Source: Malacoraja senta (taxonomy: Eukaryota). From it: a stretch of 64,000 nt of DNA. Position 1 is the first letter of the stretch, and each line of letters starts with the position of its first letter. The stretch spans positions 123,566,001-123,630,000 of the forward strand of contig CM075977.1 of assembly GCA_038087875.1 (NCBI GenBank), written 5' to 3'. This document shows, piece after piece, positions 1 to 10,699 of the stretch. The translations under genes were made by a program, and so were the position numbers. A model generated the notes under the pieces. The model had not been told where the DNA came from, made no database searches, and worked only from the letters and a program-made list of their open reading frames with translations.

Positions 1-59
1 TAACGATGGTAAATCTCTGAAGGACATCATTTTATGACAATGCAGAACATTCCTGGTTA

Positions 60-210
60 CCAATACCAAAAAATACCTTTATTTTTCCTGATTAATTCAA
101 TTACTTGAATTTATATTCCCCATCTGCCGTGGTGGGATTGGAACATTGCTCTGGATCAATGGTTCATTTCTTCTGGCTGCTAGTCCCCTATCGTCACCAT
201 TTTGTTACCA
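60..210 (-). mobile_element. Decayed tRNA-derived SINE head
   Basis: Minus strand ACTAGCAGCCAG...GATCCAGAG...GTTCCAATCCCACCACGGCAG (B-box-like). Confidence 0.45.
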
Positions 211-1320
211 AGCAATGTTGGGTATTTGACCCACAAATGGAATTATAATGTGGCTTGAATTATTTTAAAACAACCTTATTAGGAGCAGAAAAATCTCTCC
301 TTTTTTCAGGATTAACACAGCATTCTCTGGGTCTCATTGCAATGGGTGATTTGACAAGGATTTTCTTACTGTAATACAACAGATATATGCAAAATGGCAA
401 AAGATATCTAATATTTTGAGAAACAGGATAGGAAGAGAAGAAAACCCACCAGTGTTAAGTTACTGCTTAAGGCAAATTTTCATGAATGATGGCACATGCA
501 GTGATAGATCTTGCACGAACCCTAACCCAGTTTTTAAATTTGAAAATACATTAGTCTGAAAACAGCTGTTGGGAGGGAATGCACTTTTGTTCAGCATCAG
601 TTAAATGTTCTGGGTTGTTTTTGGAAATAATGTTTACGGGCTGGATGCCAGGTGGCTTACATCAGGAGAGAGATAGTCACTTGTTGATTGTCTGTCTTAG
701 ATTCTTTTAAAAGAAATTTAAACTTTTAAAAGAAAATTTAAGAGAAAGAAAAGACTAAAATGGTGGGAGAAGCTTAGAAGGGTATTATGTTCAGCTGTGG
801 AGATAATTGAGATGTAAGAAAGGGGAGGGCGTGGTAAGAAAGATGATTGCGTAGTGTCTGAGTTTATTAGTGGCCAGGGGAAGAGGAGGGGCACACAGTA
901 ACCACAAAAACCCAAAAGAAAAACTGAAGGAATTACTAGAACATAACAGAAAACCTGCATGAAAAGAAGTATTTACACCTCAGGCATCCTGGCAGCATTC
1001 CAGATGGGGACACCGAAATGATAATAACAATTAATACCGAAGGAGGCCTCAACACACCAGTTAGAATCTATTCCTGCCTTGGAGACTTCAGCCATTTGTG
1101 AGCCGTGTATGAACTGTACAGTTTCACACAGGGCTCATTAAGATGAGCATTGTTTGTTTAGCAATTGAGTTTTTTTTGAAAAGCCATCTCGTGGCATAGA
1201 AAAACTCAGCACTACAATGATGCATTTCCAGATTTTGTTTTCCTAAACCCATAAGAAAATCAGTGGAGCAGATAAGGCATTTCTTTTATGCAAAATTAGA
1301 AATCAAATTAGGAAAAACAG

Positions 1321-1413
1321 AAGATAGACTCAAAATGCTGGAGTAACTCAGCGGGACAGGCAGCATGTCTGGATAGAAGGAATGGGTGGCGTTTCGGGTC
1401 GAGATCCTTCAGC
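1321..1413 (-). mobile_element. Mini-PLE (pLTR-derived, hammerhead-bearing), tail-less
   Basis: AAGATAGAC...GCTGGAGTAACTCAGCGGGACAGGCAGCAT...GTTTCGGGTCGAGATCCTTCAG, similar to the 7037-7130 pLTR end. Confidence 0.88.
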
Positions 1414-2969
1414 CAGAAAAAGAGAAATTATGAAAAACAAAAATAAAAGTAATTTCTTGGCAAATAAAATTGAAATTACACAACTTTGATCACAGCACAA
1501 TTAGAGCAATGAAGAACGAATAGGTAGTTATATTATTCGGCTGCTTTAACTTCCCCCTTTGTTGCTGAATACATCTGAAAGTGGTCTGAATTGAAACTGG
1601 GTACACTCAAGAATGTTCAATTCCTCACCGACCAAGATCTAGAGATGAGGTTTATCAAATATGTTCACGACAAGGACGATACATAGTGGAGGAAAAACTC
1701 ACATCTGCAATGCTATGACCAATTCCTAACTAAAAAGAAAAGAGATGCTGTAAAGGAATTATGATTTAATACCATTTAGGTTTTCAACAGTCTAATCTGA
1801 GGTTAAACAAACAGAGTAGCGTTATGTATCAAACAGTTTGGCTTTTCCATTATGTTTATATGATCTTTGTGATCAATCTATTTCTTGTTTATCCTCCGTT
1901 ACCTAGTGGTGCAATTATCCTTTCCTATACTAAAGCAACTGAGAGTAAAGGGCCACACATAAAAGATTCAGGACATTTGAGAAGAAAGGTTCTATCAGTG
2001 CCAAAATTCTTCCTGTTCTCCAGGGAACACTGGGTCACCATCAATGCAAATCTCAAAAAACTAAATAATCCTGAAGAGATAAACAAAAACTATTGCTATT
2101 TCCTGATAGATCAGAAACCAACTGGAGAGAAAGTAACTGAGGAACATTTCAGATTGATGAACTTTCATCCAAATGAGATAGAAGGCACCCACAACCAGCA
2201 TTATTTCCAGCATTTTCTGAGGGGTTTTAATGTTAAGTTAAAGTCAGCCATTGTAAATGCCCGTGACTCTCTCAGTCTACCTCATCGCTGAGTTTCCTCT
2301 TCCCGTATCTACGGGAAACTTCACTTGCTAATTTACAGAGGAGCAAATCAACTCACCCCAAACCAACCAATGTTGAATCACCAAAAGCTATGCAAAAATA
2401 TTTGAATTTTTCTCACTCCCAAAACCAGTCACAAATTGTATTCCATTGCACAAGATACAACCTTGACTTTCTTATGAGAATGCATCATAATGTAATTACG
2501 CAATAAAATGAGAATATAGAATGATAATAAATAGTTTCATCTCTCAACATGTTTGGCATGGACATTGTGGGCCGAATGACCTGTGCCTGTGCTAATAAAG
2601 AAACTCCAATAAAATAAGAACTATTTCATAGTGTATGTTATCAGCAATTTAATTACCCTCAACGACTCTTCAGTAGTAGAATGCTAGGAATTCCAATCAT
2701 TGCTTTGAGCTCCATCTGGCCCATACCCAAGTATCAGGCAATAAATCCAAGAGGTGGGGAAGGTAACCTGAACTGGCCATTTATTTAACATGTGCAACCC
2801 AAGGCAGTTAGTGTTTCACCAGCAGTCGTTAAATCGGTGCCAGCAATATAGCCTAAACCCGTGAAAGAGGCCACTTAAATGCATTCAGCTTTCTCAAGAA
2901 AATAGTGAAAATATAAGCATTTTCCATTAGGCTCATTGCCATGCATTGCACAACTCATAACAAACCCAA

Positions 2970-3172
2970 GATTGACACAAAAAGCTGGAGTAACTCAGTG
3001 GGACAGGCAGCATCTCTGGGGAGAAGCAATGAGTTACGTTTTGGGTCAAGACCCTTCCTCAGACCCGAAAAGTTACCCATTCCTTCTCCTCAGAGAAGCT
3101 GCCTGTCCCGCCGAGTTACTCCAGCTTTTTGTGTCTATCTTTGGTTTAAACCAGCATCTGCAGTTCCTTCTT
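2970..3172. mobile_element. Palindromic mini-PLE (two inverted pLTR ends joined at the hammerhead)
   Basis: Inverted arms meeting at ~3062; perfect 17-bp TSD ACTCATAACAAACCCAA at 2953-2969 and 3173-3189; tail only on the right arm. Confidence 0.92.
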
Positions 3173-5196
3173 ACTCATAACAAACCCAAATGGCTCACTG
3201 CACTAAAGAAATGCCTATCGGGATTCAATTCCCTGTCCAGGAGGAGCCAGTTAATCTCAATTAGAGAAGCAATGGGTCAGTTCAATCTGTCTCAGCATCC
3301 TGGGACTGGAGTATCCCACGACCGATCCGTATTACAGAACGTCTCATGATAAATGCTGCTCCATGGACGATGATGAGAGCAGAATTAAGCTCAATTCTGA
3401 TGTCTCCTTTGATAAGATTGCCATTCAACACACACAATACAGACTAAAAATGTGGGAGGAATGACATAGATGAATCTATAATGCTGTTCAGCTTCTGCTT
3501 TCAAAAGGACAGAAAAATATTTTAAGTTTAATCAAAGAATGAGAATAATTGCACATCTTTTTTTGTGAGCAGAGAATGGGTGCCCTGGTTCGACCATACA
3601 TTAGGTAATCATGTCAGGAGACTTAGTTTAAGTATTATTTTTGAATAGGGTCAGTGTTGCATGGCAATTACACATTTAGGAATGTTGGTAAATAAACCAC
3701 ATTAAGCAGTTTCTGTTTCAGCACACACTCCAGAAATGCATAATATCATTGCACGGAATCCTCAGTGTTTATATAAAAACACTGATGTTACACTAACACT
3801 CACAAATTAAAATAATTAGCATCATGCACCCACTGCTGTGTGGATTTAGTCCAGTAGCTTCAAAGTTTAACACTGCCCTCATTTACTCATCCCTTTATGA
3901 CCTTTGACCATGCCCCACCTTGACAATTTTTGAAATAATTGGCTCCTCATTACTGTCTCAGCAGCATTCACTTTTGTTCCTAACAGTGGTGAAAATATAT
4001 TAGTACAAGAGTGCTTCACCATTCCACAATGTACTGCTCCTGTACATTAGAAACAGAATATTATCTACATGAATAACAATACTATTAAGCATACCTCAAG
4101 CAGTTAAAAGAGGATTGATTCCAACCTCTCCCCAAATGAGGAACCAACACAGAACAGAATGAAATATTTCAGATAAATTAGGAAAATCATACTAATGCCC
4201 AATGGACAAATGAATGCAGACATTGTGCTGAATTTCAAAATTCTCATTTCACGGGTGATTTAATTCATGGCCAGTTATGTTAGGAGTTCAGTGCTGAATC
4301 TGTTATCAAAACAGTAATTCTGAGGTTTGGATCAACATGAACAGCTGAAGGTTTTTTTGCAGACTCCTTATCCTCCAAATGTTTTTACTTTTTCAAGTAC
4401 ACATAAATAAGATTATTGATGAAATCAAACAAGAAGTCAGAACAAGAAAGGGGAGCATTTGTGTGAGGTAGCAGCCTCCAGAAAAATTAAACCCTTCATT
4501 TCCAATATGCTCTTAAACTCCTCTCCTAATTACTGGACCTTCCGGGTCTGCCAGCTCTGACAAAAGATACTGACAAGACAACAAACCAAAACTGAAACTG
4601 CAACACATGTTCAGAGCATATTCAAAAACTTTCTCCCAACCTGCGGGAGTATTATCTCGATCGACCAATGAAGAGAAAAGTCGGATTTGAGGCATCGCAG
4701 TCAGGAATGAATATGGGGCCATTCTCACCCATTCCTTGAGAAGGCACATTGCTTTATCATGGCAGGAGCATGTCACAAGTTATGCACATGGTGTGTGATG
4801 ATGAACTGACTTTCTACTCCAGTGTCCACAGTAAGAATAAAAATAGCCATCAATTTTCCTAAAAATGATTTGTGCCAAGTTTCTACTCTCCTTTTCTTTA
4901 TCTGCCATTTCTCTGGCCTTTCATGCACTGCCTTTTCCCGCCATTGTATTGCTCACACATGCTTTCTTCATTAGTAAATCTATAATTCTGTTATCATACT
5001 CAAATGTCTTTCTTTGCATCTTCTCCCTTACAAATTTCCACTTTTGTAAGTTCTTTAGTGTTTCTATTTGACATGTGTCTGATAATAGCACAGTAACAGT
5101 ATAAAATATTCCACAGTATTCACTTAACTAACCTCTATTAATCATTGGTTTATGTTAGATCTCTGCAGCAGGGGCCAGCAATTTACTGAAAGAGTA

Positions 5197-5433
5197 GAAA
5201 TAAAGAACTGCAGATGCTGGTTAATATTCAAACGGACACAAAGTGCTGGAGTAACTCAGCGGGTCAGGCAACATCTCTGGAAAACATGGATAGGTGATGT
5301 TTTGAATTGAGACTCTTGTTCAGACTGAAAAAGGGTCTGAAGAATGGTCTCAACCCAAAACGTCATTTATCCATGTTCTCCATGGATGCTGCCTGACCCA
5401 CTGAGTTACTCCATCAGTTTGTGTCCTTCTGTG
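5197..5433. mobile_element. Palindromic mini-PLE with two divergent hammerhead motifs
   Basis: 13-bp TSD TACTGAAAGAGTA at 5184-5196 and 5434-5446; tail only on the left arm; centre TTCAGACTGAAAAAGGGTCTGAAGAA. Confidence 0.9.
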
Positions 5434-6191
5434 TACTGAAAGAGTAAATACAATTTGATCCAAGCTGACGCATCAATACTCCTATCATTGGGATCATCTG
5501 ACAAGATAAAAGGTGGATCCTTGGATTGTTGGTTCTAAGAATTATCATGAGAGGCAGAATAAAGTACAAGCCCCATTCATGCCAGCACTCCAATTGTACA
5601 CTGCAAAAGAAAAATGGGGCAAGCATCAATCATTGTACTTACTCCTTTTGAAAACTGCTCTCCCACCATGCAAGCAACATATAAAAATATCAGAAGACCT
5701 AAATGTTTTGTTCAGCTTCAAACACTTGTGCTTAAAAGTTTGTCAAATACAGCTGTCAGGCCAAGATTAGTGAAAGCATGCAAGTCATTTCAGGTAGCTG
5801 CCTCAAGTAAAACACCTGCCTTGGTGGGCCACAGAGCAGTCAGCACAAGCGCAGAATATTCCCTCCTGACTACTGGCCAGTCAGTGAATAATAGAAAAAT
5901 ATATGTTTTATTACCTTCACAGTTAAAAACGACCTAAAGTTTGGTTTAGGTAGATAACAAAAGCTCTGCGTAAACCCAAAAAGTAATTTCATGCGTGAAG
6001 GGGCAGGTAAGACTTTGCCATCATGCGCTCCTGAAATAAATCAAACTCAGGTCAGCTTTTGGCAGAAATAAAATATATTTCAGTGTCTACTTAACTATCT
6101 TTTGTTCACTGGTTCACCAAGGGTTCTTAGACTAGGAAAAACTATTCATAAGAAGAGAAATGGACATCATAATTGAGGCAGATGTGTCTTA

Positions 6192-6480
6192 ATCATAATC
6201 GCACTTTATTAGCCAAGTATGTTTTGCAACATACAAGGAATTTGATTTGCCATACAGTCATCATACCAATAAAAAGCAGCAGAACACACAAAATACATTT
6301 TAACATAAACATCCACCACAGTGACTTCTCCACATTCCTCACTGTGAAAAAAAGTTAAATCTCTTCCCTTCTTTGTTCTCCCGCGATCGGGGGCCTCGAG
6401 CCTTCTGTTGACGGGGCGATCTTGACTCCCGTAGCAGGCGGCGTTTGGGCCCTCGCGTCGGGGCGATCTGACCCCGGTTC
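6192..6480 (-). mobile_element. Non-autonomous retroposon, 5'-truncated (same family as 24391-24915)
   Basis: About 170 bp shared with 24407-24582 (CTTTATTAGCCAAGTATGTTTTGCAAC...AATCTCTTCCCTT), then a GC-rich GGGGCGATC repeat segment. Confidence 0.7.
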
Positions 6481-7270
6481 AGGGCTGGTCATGCAGCAGG
6501 AGCCCAATGCTCCCTCAAATATGTCAAACAAAAGATGCTCAGATTATCCAGTTAAGAAATCAAGCATCTGGGCCAGCAAAGCCTGAACTAATGGCAAAGT
6601 CAGATCACCAAATGTAGTGGGCAGATTTTCACCCGAGCACTTCCAACAGTTGGAAACACGCACACAATAGTGGAAGATTGACCAATTCCCATTGATGAAC
6701 TCCACACATATTTCATAGAAACAAGGAACTGCAGTTGCTGATTTGCACTAAAGGACACAAAGTGCTGGAGTAACTCAGCGGGTCAGGCAGCATCTCTGGA
6801 GAATATGGACAGGTTGACGTTTTGGGTTGTGACTTTCTTCAGACCAAAGACATGCTTCAGACTGATTAATGGGGGGGAGGGAGAATGCTGGGAGGAATGA
6901 GGAGGCCGGACAAAGCATGGCAGGTAATAGGTGGACACGGTGGAGGGGATTTTATTAGGCAAATGGTTGGAACAAAAGACAGAGAAGGTGTGAGACAGAC
7001 TGTTAAAGAAGGAACTGCAGATGCTGGAAAATCGAAGGTACACAAAAATGCTGGAGAAACTCAGTGGGTGCAGCAGCATCTATGGAGCGAAGGAAATAGG
7101 TAACGTTCGGGCCGAAACCCTTCTTCAGACTGATAGGGGGTGGGGAGAAGAAAGGAAAAAAGGAAAAGGCGGAGGAGGAGCCCGAGGGCTGGGGGAGGGG
7201 AGGAGACAACCAGATGGCTGATGAAGGGGAGGGGACAGCCAGGGCTAGCAGAATTGGGAGAATTCAACGT

Positions 7271-8855
7271 TCAGGCCACCAGGATGTAGACTGCCCAAGC
7301 GGAATATGAGGTGCATTTCCTCCAATTTACGGTGTTGCTCGCTGTGGCCATGGAGGAGACCCAGGACAGAGAGGTCAGATACGGAATGGGAGGGGGAGTT
7401 GAAGTGCTGAGCCACCGGGAGTTCAGGTTGGTTATTGCGGACCGACCGGAGGTGTTTCGGACGAAACGATCGCCAAGCCTCCGCTTGGTCTCACCGATGT
7501 AGATCAGCTGGCATCTAGAGCAGCGAATGCAATAGATGAGGTTGGAGGAGATGCAGGTGAACCTCTGTCGCACCTGGAACGACTGCTTGGGTCCTTGAAT
7601 GGAGTGGAGGGGGGGAAGTGAAGGGACAAGTGTTGCATCTCATGCGGTTGCAAGGGAAAGTACCAGGGGAGGGGGGTGGTATGGGAGGGAAGGGAAGAAT
7701 TGACAAGGGAGTTACGGAGGGAGCGGTCTTTGCGGAAGGCAGACATAGGGGGAGATGGGAAGATGTGGCGAGTGGTGGGGTCACGTTGGAGGTGGCGAAA
7801 CTGACGGAGGATCACTTGTTGTATGTGACGGCTGGTGGGGTGAAAGGTGAGGACTAGGGGGACTCTGCCTTTGTTGTGAGTGGGGGGATAGGGGAGAGAG
7901 AGCAGTGTTGCGGGGTATGGCAGAGACCCTGGTGCGAGCCTCATCTATGGTGGAGGAGGGGACCCCCGTTCCCTGAAGAATGAGGACATTTCAGATGCCC
8001 TGGTGTGGAACGCCTCATCCTGGGAGCAGATGCGGCGTAGACGGAGGAATTGGGAGTGGGGGATGGAGTCCTTACAGGAAGCAGGGTGGAAGAAGTGTAG
8101 TCCAGATAGCCATGGAGTCGGTGGGTTTGTAGTGGATGTCGGTAAGGAGTCTATCACCTGCGATGGAGATAGTGAGGTCAAGGAATGGTAGGGAAGTGTC
8201 GGAAATGGTCCAGGTGTATTTGAGTGCCGGATGGAAGTTGGTGGTGAAGCGGATGAAGTCAGTCAGTTGTGTGTGGGTGCAGGAATGTGGCACCAAAACA
8301 ATCATCGATGTAGCGGAGGTAGAGGTCGGGGATGGGGCCCTGGTACGCATTGAACAAGGATTGTTCTACGTACCCGACAAAGAGGCAGGCGTAGCTGGGG
8401 CCCATGCGTGTGCCCATAGCTACACCTTGTATTTGGAGGAAATGGGAGGAGTCAAATGAAAAGTTATTAAGTGTAAGTACAGCTCCGCTAGGCGGAGGAG
8501 GGTGTCAGTGGCTGGGTATAGATTGCTTCTACGGTCGAGGAAAAAACGGAGGGCTTTGAGACCATCCTGGTGGGGGGATGGAGGTGTACAGTGACTGGAC
8601 GTCCATGGTGAAGATGAGGGGGTGAGGGCCTAGAGAGTGGAATGCGCGGAGATGACGGAGAGTGTCTGAGGTGTCTTGAACATAGGTGGGGAGGGATTTA
8701 ACCAAGGGGGATAGTATGGAGTCGAGGTAGGTGGAGATGAGTTCGGTGGGGCAAGAACAGGCAGAGACAATGGGTCTACCGGGACAGTCAGGTTTGTGGA
8801 TTTTGGGGAGAAGGTAAAAGCGGGCTGTGCGGGGCTGGGGGAACGATGAGGTTGG
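7271..8855 (-). pseudogene. PLE polyprotein fragment: reverse transcriptase + Cys-rich linker + GIY-YIG endonuclease, frameshifted
   Basis: Minus-strand motifs ARFYLLPKIHKPDCPGRPIVS, FTMDVQSLYTSIP, GVAMGTRMGPSYA (~8390-8430), LYLRYIDD (YIDD ~8301-8312), FLDL, linker PCNRMRCNTCPF, endonuclease NLIYCIRCSRCQLIYIGETKRRL; split across several frames by 1-bp indels. Confidence 0.93.
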
Positions 8856-9167
8856 AGGCTCCGCAATAACCAACCTGAACTCCCGGTGGCTCAGCACTTC
8901 AACTCCCCCTCCCATTCCGTATCTGACCTCTCTGTCCTGGGTCTCCTCCATGGCCACAGCGAGGCAACACCGTAAATTGGAGGAAATGCACCTCATATTC
9001 CGCTTGGGCAGTCTACATCCTGGTGGCCTGAACGTTGAATTCTCCCAATTCTGCTAGCCCTGGCTGTCCCCTCCCCTTCATCAGCCCTCTGGTTGTCTCC
9101 TCCCCTCCCCCAGCCCTCGGGCTCCTCCTCCGCCTTTTCCTTTTTTCCTTTCTTCTCCCCACCCCCT

Positions 9168-9205
9168 ATCAGTCTGAAGAAGGGTTTCGGCCCGAAACGT
9201 TACCT
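9168..9205 (+). ncRNA. Minimal hammerhead ribozyme motif in PLE pseudo-LTR
   Basis: CTGAAGA (9174-9180), extra A, stem II GGGT-TTCG-GCCC, GAAA (9194-9197), loopless palindromic stem III ACGT, NUH triplet GTT (9199-9201). Stem I is only about 2 bp in cis. Confidence 0.75.
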
Positions 9206-9401
9206 ATTTCCTTCGCTCCATAGATGCTGCTGCACCCACTGAGTTTCTCCAGCATTTTTGTGTACCGTGTGAGACAGACTGATAGTTGCAAATTGTGAAG
9301 CCAGAGAAGTAATGCAGGAGGGGGAGGGGAGAAAGTGATGGCAGCTCTGGTGGGTCACAGGGGCGGGGAGAAAGGAGGAGCGTTTGGGAGGAAAGGAAAG
9401 G

Positions 9402-9442
9402 ATTATTGCTCACGTTAAATACAATTTAACGTGAGCAATAAT
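9402..9442. repeat. Perfect 19-bp inverted repeat with 3-nt spacer
   Basis: ATTATTGCTCACGTTAAAT-ACA-ATTTAACGTGAGCAATAAT. Confidence 0.95.
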
Positions 9443-9834
9443 GACCATATATGGTAATTAGATTATTGTTAAAATCGACCTTGATGACCTTCAGGTGAGG
9501 AAATCTGTTCATCCAAAACTTCTCTGGCCTACATGTCACTCTAGATCCACCAATGGGATTAGTGTAAGTGCAAGTCATTTGGTTAACAGGTAATTGGAGA
9601 TGAATAATAAATATTGATCTTGCCAACATCGTCTGCATTTTTTGTTTGATAAAATTAATAATGCAGTTACTTTTTATGGGCAGGATTACAATAAATGGGC
9701 AACTTTCTATTGGATCTTTGAGTTAAGATTCATTCAAGAGGGTTTTAAAGATCGCCTGGTGCAAATTTGAAGACAAACTACATTATTTCTTACTTGACAT
9801 TCCTCACTCAATCAAATCATCAAGGCAGTCCTGT

Positions 9835-9900
9835 TGAAAGGTCTTCAATCTAAAACATTAACTCTGTACAGATGCTGGCTGACATGCTGAGGAATTCCAT
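9835..9900 (+). mobile_element. Old decayed PLE pLTR remnant
   Basis: GAAAGGTCTTCAATCTAAAACATTAACTCTG...CAGATGCTGGCTGACATGCTGAG resembles the pLTR body; a similar remnant lies at ~35530-35615. Confidence 0.5.
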
Positions 9901-9931
9901 TTTAGTTTTTTACATCTGAACTGTTTAACAA

Positions 9932-10248
9932 GCACAGTGGCGCAGTTGGTAAAGCCGCTGCCTCACAACACCAGAGACCCAATCCTGATCTCAGATGCCG
10001 TCTGTGTGGAGTTTGCACGTTCTCCCTGTGACCGCATGGATTTCCTCCAGGTGCTCCGGTTTCCTCCCACATCCTGAAGAAATGCTGTTTTTTAAGTTAA
10101 TTGGCCTCTGTAAATTATCCCTAGTGTGTAGGGAATGGATGCAAAAGAGAGATTGCATAGAACTAATGTGAACAGGTGATCGATGGTCAGCGTGGACTCA
10201 GTGGGCCAAAGGGCCTGATTCCATGTTGTTGTCTCCAAACTTAACTAA
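9932..10248 (+). mobile_element. HE1-like tRNA-derived V-SINE
   Basis: A-box-like GTGGCGCAGTTGG, V-domain TGTGTGGAGTTTGCACGTTCTCCC...TTCCTCCCACA, CR1-type 3' end GGGCCAAAGGGCCTG. Confidence 0.85.
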
Positions 10249-10500
10249 GCAGCCAACTCGTTAGAGGTTATGAGATTTAGATATGTTTGGAAATGGTGAC
10301 TGCACCTGCTACAAACCAACTGTTACTAAATCCTTGTAGACACTGAGATATTTCTGACATAGAATGAGGGATTACAAGGAAGCATGACCTCTTGAAATTA
10401 CATATCAAAGATACATGATTTTGTTATTTGTTATGAAGGCTTTGAATCGTATCCTAACCATCACTGTTCATTGTCATGTGAAGATGTGACGGATAATGTA

Positions 10501-10699
10501 CAGCTGCTCCTCGACCTACGATGGGGTTACGTTCCGATAAACCCATCGTAAATTGGAAATATCGCAAGTCGAAAACGCATTTAATACAATGCGATCACGT
10601 GACCGGAAGTGACGTGCGGCTCGCTGCCGTTGCTGAGCGTTTGCCGATCGTAAAGTCGAAACATCGCAAGTCAAAGCATCGCAAATCGGGGAGCATCTG
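10501..10699. mobile_element. Tigger/pogo-type MITE
   Basis: TA at 10499-10500 and 10700-10701; ~23-bp TIRs CAGCTGCTCCTCGACCTACGATG / CAGATGCTCCCCGATTTGCGATG; subterminal ATCGYAARTC repeats. Confidence 0.88.

Larger units (their letters stand above)
7003..9266 (-). mobile_element. Penelope-like retroelement (Neptune-type), 5'-truncated, with inverted pseudo-LTR
   Basis: Perfect 15-bp TSD GTGTGAGACAGACTG at 6988-7002 and 9267-9281; near-identical inverted arms 7037-7441 / 8860-9266; 34-bp tail 7003-7036 on one side only; RT and GIY-YIG coding remnants between the arms. Confidence 0.95.
6715..9401 (-). mobile_element. Older PLE 3' end (6715-7002 and 9282-9401) interrupted by the younger PLE
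   Basis: Tail GAAACAAGGAACTGCAG, pLTR body, decayed hammerhead (~6815-6845) and purine-rich segment that resumes after the second TSD copy. Confidence 0.8.

Noticed and set aside
1824-2291. 155-aa ORF
   Set aside because: No recognisable domain, AT-rich, no convincing splice context; consistent with a chance ORF or decayed LINE.
8529-8996. ORF apparently fusing a novel N-terminus to RT
   Set aside because: It crosses the inversion junction at ~8860; the N-terminal part is antisense pLTR.
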